Source: a virus
Lineage: Duplodnaviria; Caudoviricetes
Reading direction: 5' to 3' (one strand)
IMG/VR virus record: IMGVR_UViG_3300005077_000062
Coordinates: 1 to 35,232 of that record
DNA length: 35,232 nt
The translations under genes were made by a program, and so were the position numbers. Shown here piece after piece: positions 33,574 to 35,232 of the stretch (position 1 is the first letter of the stretch; the number at the start of each line of letters is the position of its first letter). The notes beneath the pieces were generated by a model, which was not told the origin of the DNA, made no database searches, and saw only the letters and a program-made list of their open reading frames with translations.

Positions 33574-34025
33574 CCTCTACGCTTGAGCGTGTATCACGCG
33601 CATTCGTGAGGACGATGAGAACCTTCGTGACACAGCAGAAGGCCATCGACTTTGGTCCGGTTGCGAAACTTGCTGCGAGTACTCTGGCAGCGCGGAAACG
33701 CAGAGGGAACGACAGCGAGGAGCGGTTGCGTGACACAGGCAAGCTGCTTGAGGATGGGTTCAAAGAGACCGTGAAGCCTCTCTCTCTCACGCTTGCGCTG
33801 CGAAACGCAAAGCACCCGGGGAGCAAAGCGACATACGCAGAGATCGGAGCCTACAACCAGTTGAGCCATCCTGACCACAACACGAGGACGACAACGCACA
33901 ACTGGTTCGGCGTGACACAAGCAGAGGCGACGTGGTCTTCCGACTTGGTGCTCGCTGAGGCTGTGAGCCAGATACGCAAGGGCGCTGTATTCAAGGGCAA
34001 GCTCAAGGTCAACCTGAAGTTCTGA
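33531..34025 (+). CDS. Virion morphogenesis/tail completion protein (Mu gpG-like)
   Basis: LAASTLAARKRRG...LRDTGKL...WFGVT pattern typical of this family. Confidence 0.65.
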   Translation: MAEEITVKWPKLNLTSTLERVSRAFVRTMRTFVTQQKAIDFGPVAKLAASTLAARKRRGNDSEERLRDTGKLLEDGFKETVKPLSLTLALRNAKHPGSKATYAEIGAYNQLSHPDHNTRTTTHNWFGVTQAEATWSSDLVLAEAVSQIRKGAVFKGKLKVNLKF

Positions 34026-34486
34026 TGGCACTCTCTCGAAGGCTCATCATCTCGCTCCTCGTGAGCGAACTCGATAGCGACCTTGACAGCAGGTCCGACT
34101 TGCTTGCTGCCGACCTGACCCGCTTGGCTTCGAGCGGGATGTCGGCTGCGGCTGTGACACGCCTCATGCAGGCTCGCATCGAAGAGATGATCAGCAGCAT
34201 GGCGCACGCTGCGACAACGCAGATTCGTGAGAGCATCAACAGCATGGTCTTCACGAGCTATTGGGAGAAGGTCGCGCAGGAGAGCGATTACTTCCTGTGG
34301 GAGATGGAGCCGAGCGCGAAGCATTGCGATGACTGCGTGGACCGCTCTGGCAAGGTCGGCACTGCAGCGGAGATGGGCAACGTAGGCTTTCCCGGCAGCG
34401 GCGCAACAAAGTGCCGACAGAACTGCCGATGCGCTATCATTCCCATCACGCGAGAGGATTACGAGAACGGCACGAAGATCAGTTAG
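34025..34486 (+). CDS. Minor head protein (Mu gpF/SPP1 gp7-like C-terminal domain)
   Basis: HCDDC...PGSGATKCRQNCRC motif. Confidence 0.7.
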   Translation: MALSRRLIISLLVSELDSDLDSRSDLLAADLTRLASSGMSAAAVTRLMQARIEEMISSMAHAATTQIRESINSMVFTSYWEKVAQESDYFLWEMEPSAKHCDDCVDRSGKVGTAAEMGNVGFPGSGATKCRQNCRCAIIPITREDYENGTKIS

Positions 34487-34557
34487 CGGGTTGGCCCAGA
34501 GGTACGGCACCGGTCTCATACGCCGGATGGACGCGGGTTCGACTCCCGCACCCGCTA
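34485..34557 (+). tRNA. tRNA-Met (CAT), no encoded CCA
   Basis: Acceptor AGCGGGT/ACCCGCT plus A73; D arm GCC/GGC; anticodon arm CCGGT-CTCATAC-GCCGG; T arm GCGGG-TTCGACT-CCCGC. Confidence 0.88.
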
Positions 34558-34635
34558 TGCGATGCCGACTGCGATAGTGTCGGGCGGGCTGGTCCGCATA
34601 ACCTGTGGCCGCAGGGCCGAAATCTGGAGAGACCC

Positions 34636-35232
34636 ATGTTCGAGAAGCTCTGGTGGTGTAACACGCGACTGCTGGCTCCCGAAGGAGACGAGGGCGGCGG
34701 CGGTGGCAACGGTGAGAAGGACGGAGAAGGTGGCGGCGAGAAGGACGCCGTGCAGAAGCGCATCGACAGGATGACGGCGAAGCACAAGGCCGAGATGGAG
34801 AAGGCCGACGCGGATCGGAAGGCTCTCTCCGAGAAGCTGGCGAAGCTCGAAGAAGCCGAAGCGAAGCGCACGGGCGACCTCACGACCCTTCTGGAAACCC
34901 AGAAGGCGACCATCAAGACGCTCGAGCAGAAGGTCGAGACCTTGACCGCCGTAGAGCGCAAGTTCCTCGACGATCAGAAGGCTCGGTGGGCGAGGGTCAC
35001 GAAGGCTCTCGAGGAAACCGAACTCGGAAAGAAGGCGCTCACCACGGGCGTGTTCAAGACGGGCGACGAGCCTGAGATCATCGAAGCCAACCTCGCGCAC
35101 TACGAGAGCTTGGAGGCGGCAGGCTTCTTCGGCGAAGAGGAGAAGCCCGACGGAAGCTCCCGTGAGAAGAAGGGGAGCCGCCGCGCAATCGAAACCACGA
35201 AGGCACCGCACCAGCGGCTCGCTGATGCCCTC
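34636..35232 (+). CDS. Capsid scaffolding protein (about 203 aa; ends at 114 across the junction), absent from the ORF track
   Basis: GGAG RBS, ATG 34636; Gly/acidic N-terminus, then coiled coil VQKRIDRMTAK...; directly upstream of the MCP on the circle. Confidence 0.85.
   Translation, partial: MFEKLWWCNTRLLAPEGDEGGGGGNGEKDGEGGGEKDAVQKRIDRMTAKHKAEMEKADADRKALSEKLAKLEEAEAKRTGDLTTLLETQKATIKTLEQKVETLTAVERKFLDDQKARWARVTKALEETELGKKALTTGVFKTGDEPEIIEANLAHYESLEAAGFFGEEEKPDGSSREKKGSRRAIETTKAPHQRLADAL
35134..35232. repeat. Terminal direct repeat, copy 2
   Basis: Identical to 1-99. Confidence 0.97.

Noticed and set aside
35134-35232. 99-bp repeat as a biological direct terminal repeat
   Set aside because: It falls mid-gene and equals a common assembler k-mer length, so it most likely reflects circular assembly overlap rather than the physical virion ends.

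Overview
The window is a complete, apparently circular ~35.1 kb genome of a GC-rich tailed phage with siphovirus-like organisation. The last 99 bp repeat the first 99 bp, and the scaffold gene runs across that junction. All credible genes are on the + strand, in this order: capsid, neck and tail (with a -1 frameshifting tail chaperone, tape measure, hub and a LamG-type fibre); holin and M15 endolysin; a non-coding control region; early genes (DUF932-like, RHH, Gam/Gp157-like, Rad52-like SSAP, SSB, and an initiator with internal iterons); many small accessory ORFs (HTH, MazG-like, PD-(D/E)XK, RuvC-like); a ParB-N plus ABC-ATPase/GNAT module; then terminases, portal, minor head proteins, a tRNA-Met(CAT) and the scaffold. 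No integrase, CI-type repressor, DNA polymerase or reverse transcriptase is recognisable. Three signals stand out. (1) A heptamer family GTGA[C/G/T]AC / GTAACAC occurs about 118 times (counted by eye) on both strands, often at gene junctions. (2) The first early operon is bracketed by a 28-bp long-range duplex that starts in a boxA-like sequence, follows a large folded leader and encloses a tRNA-like half-molecule, resembling a pre-rRNA. (3) A probable nucleic-acid acetylation module sits next to the terminase. Family calls come from recalled motifs and synteny, not from database searches.
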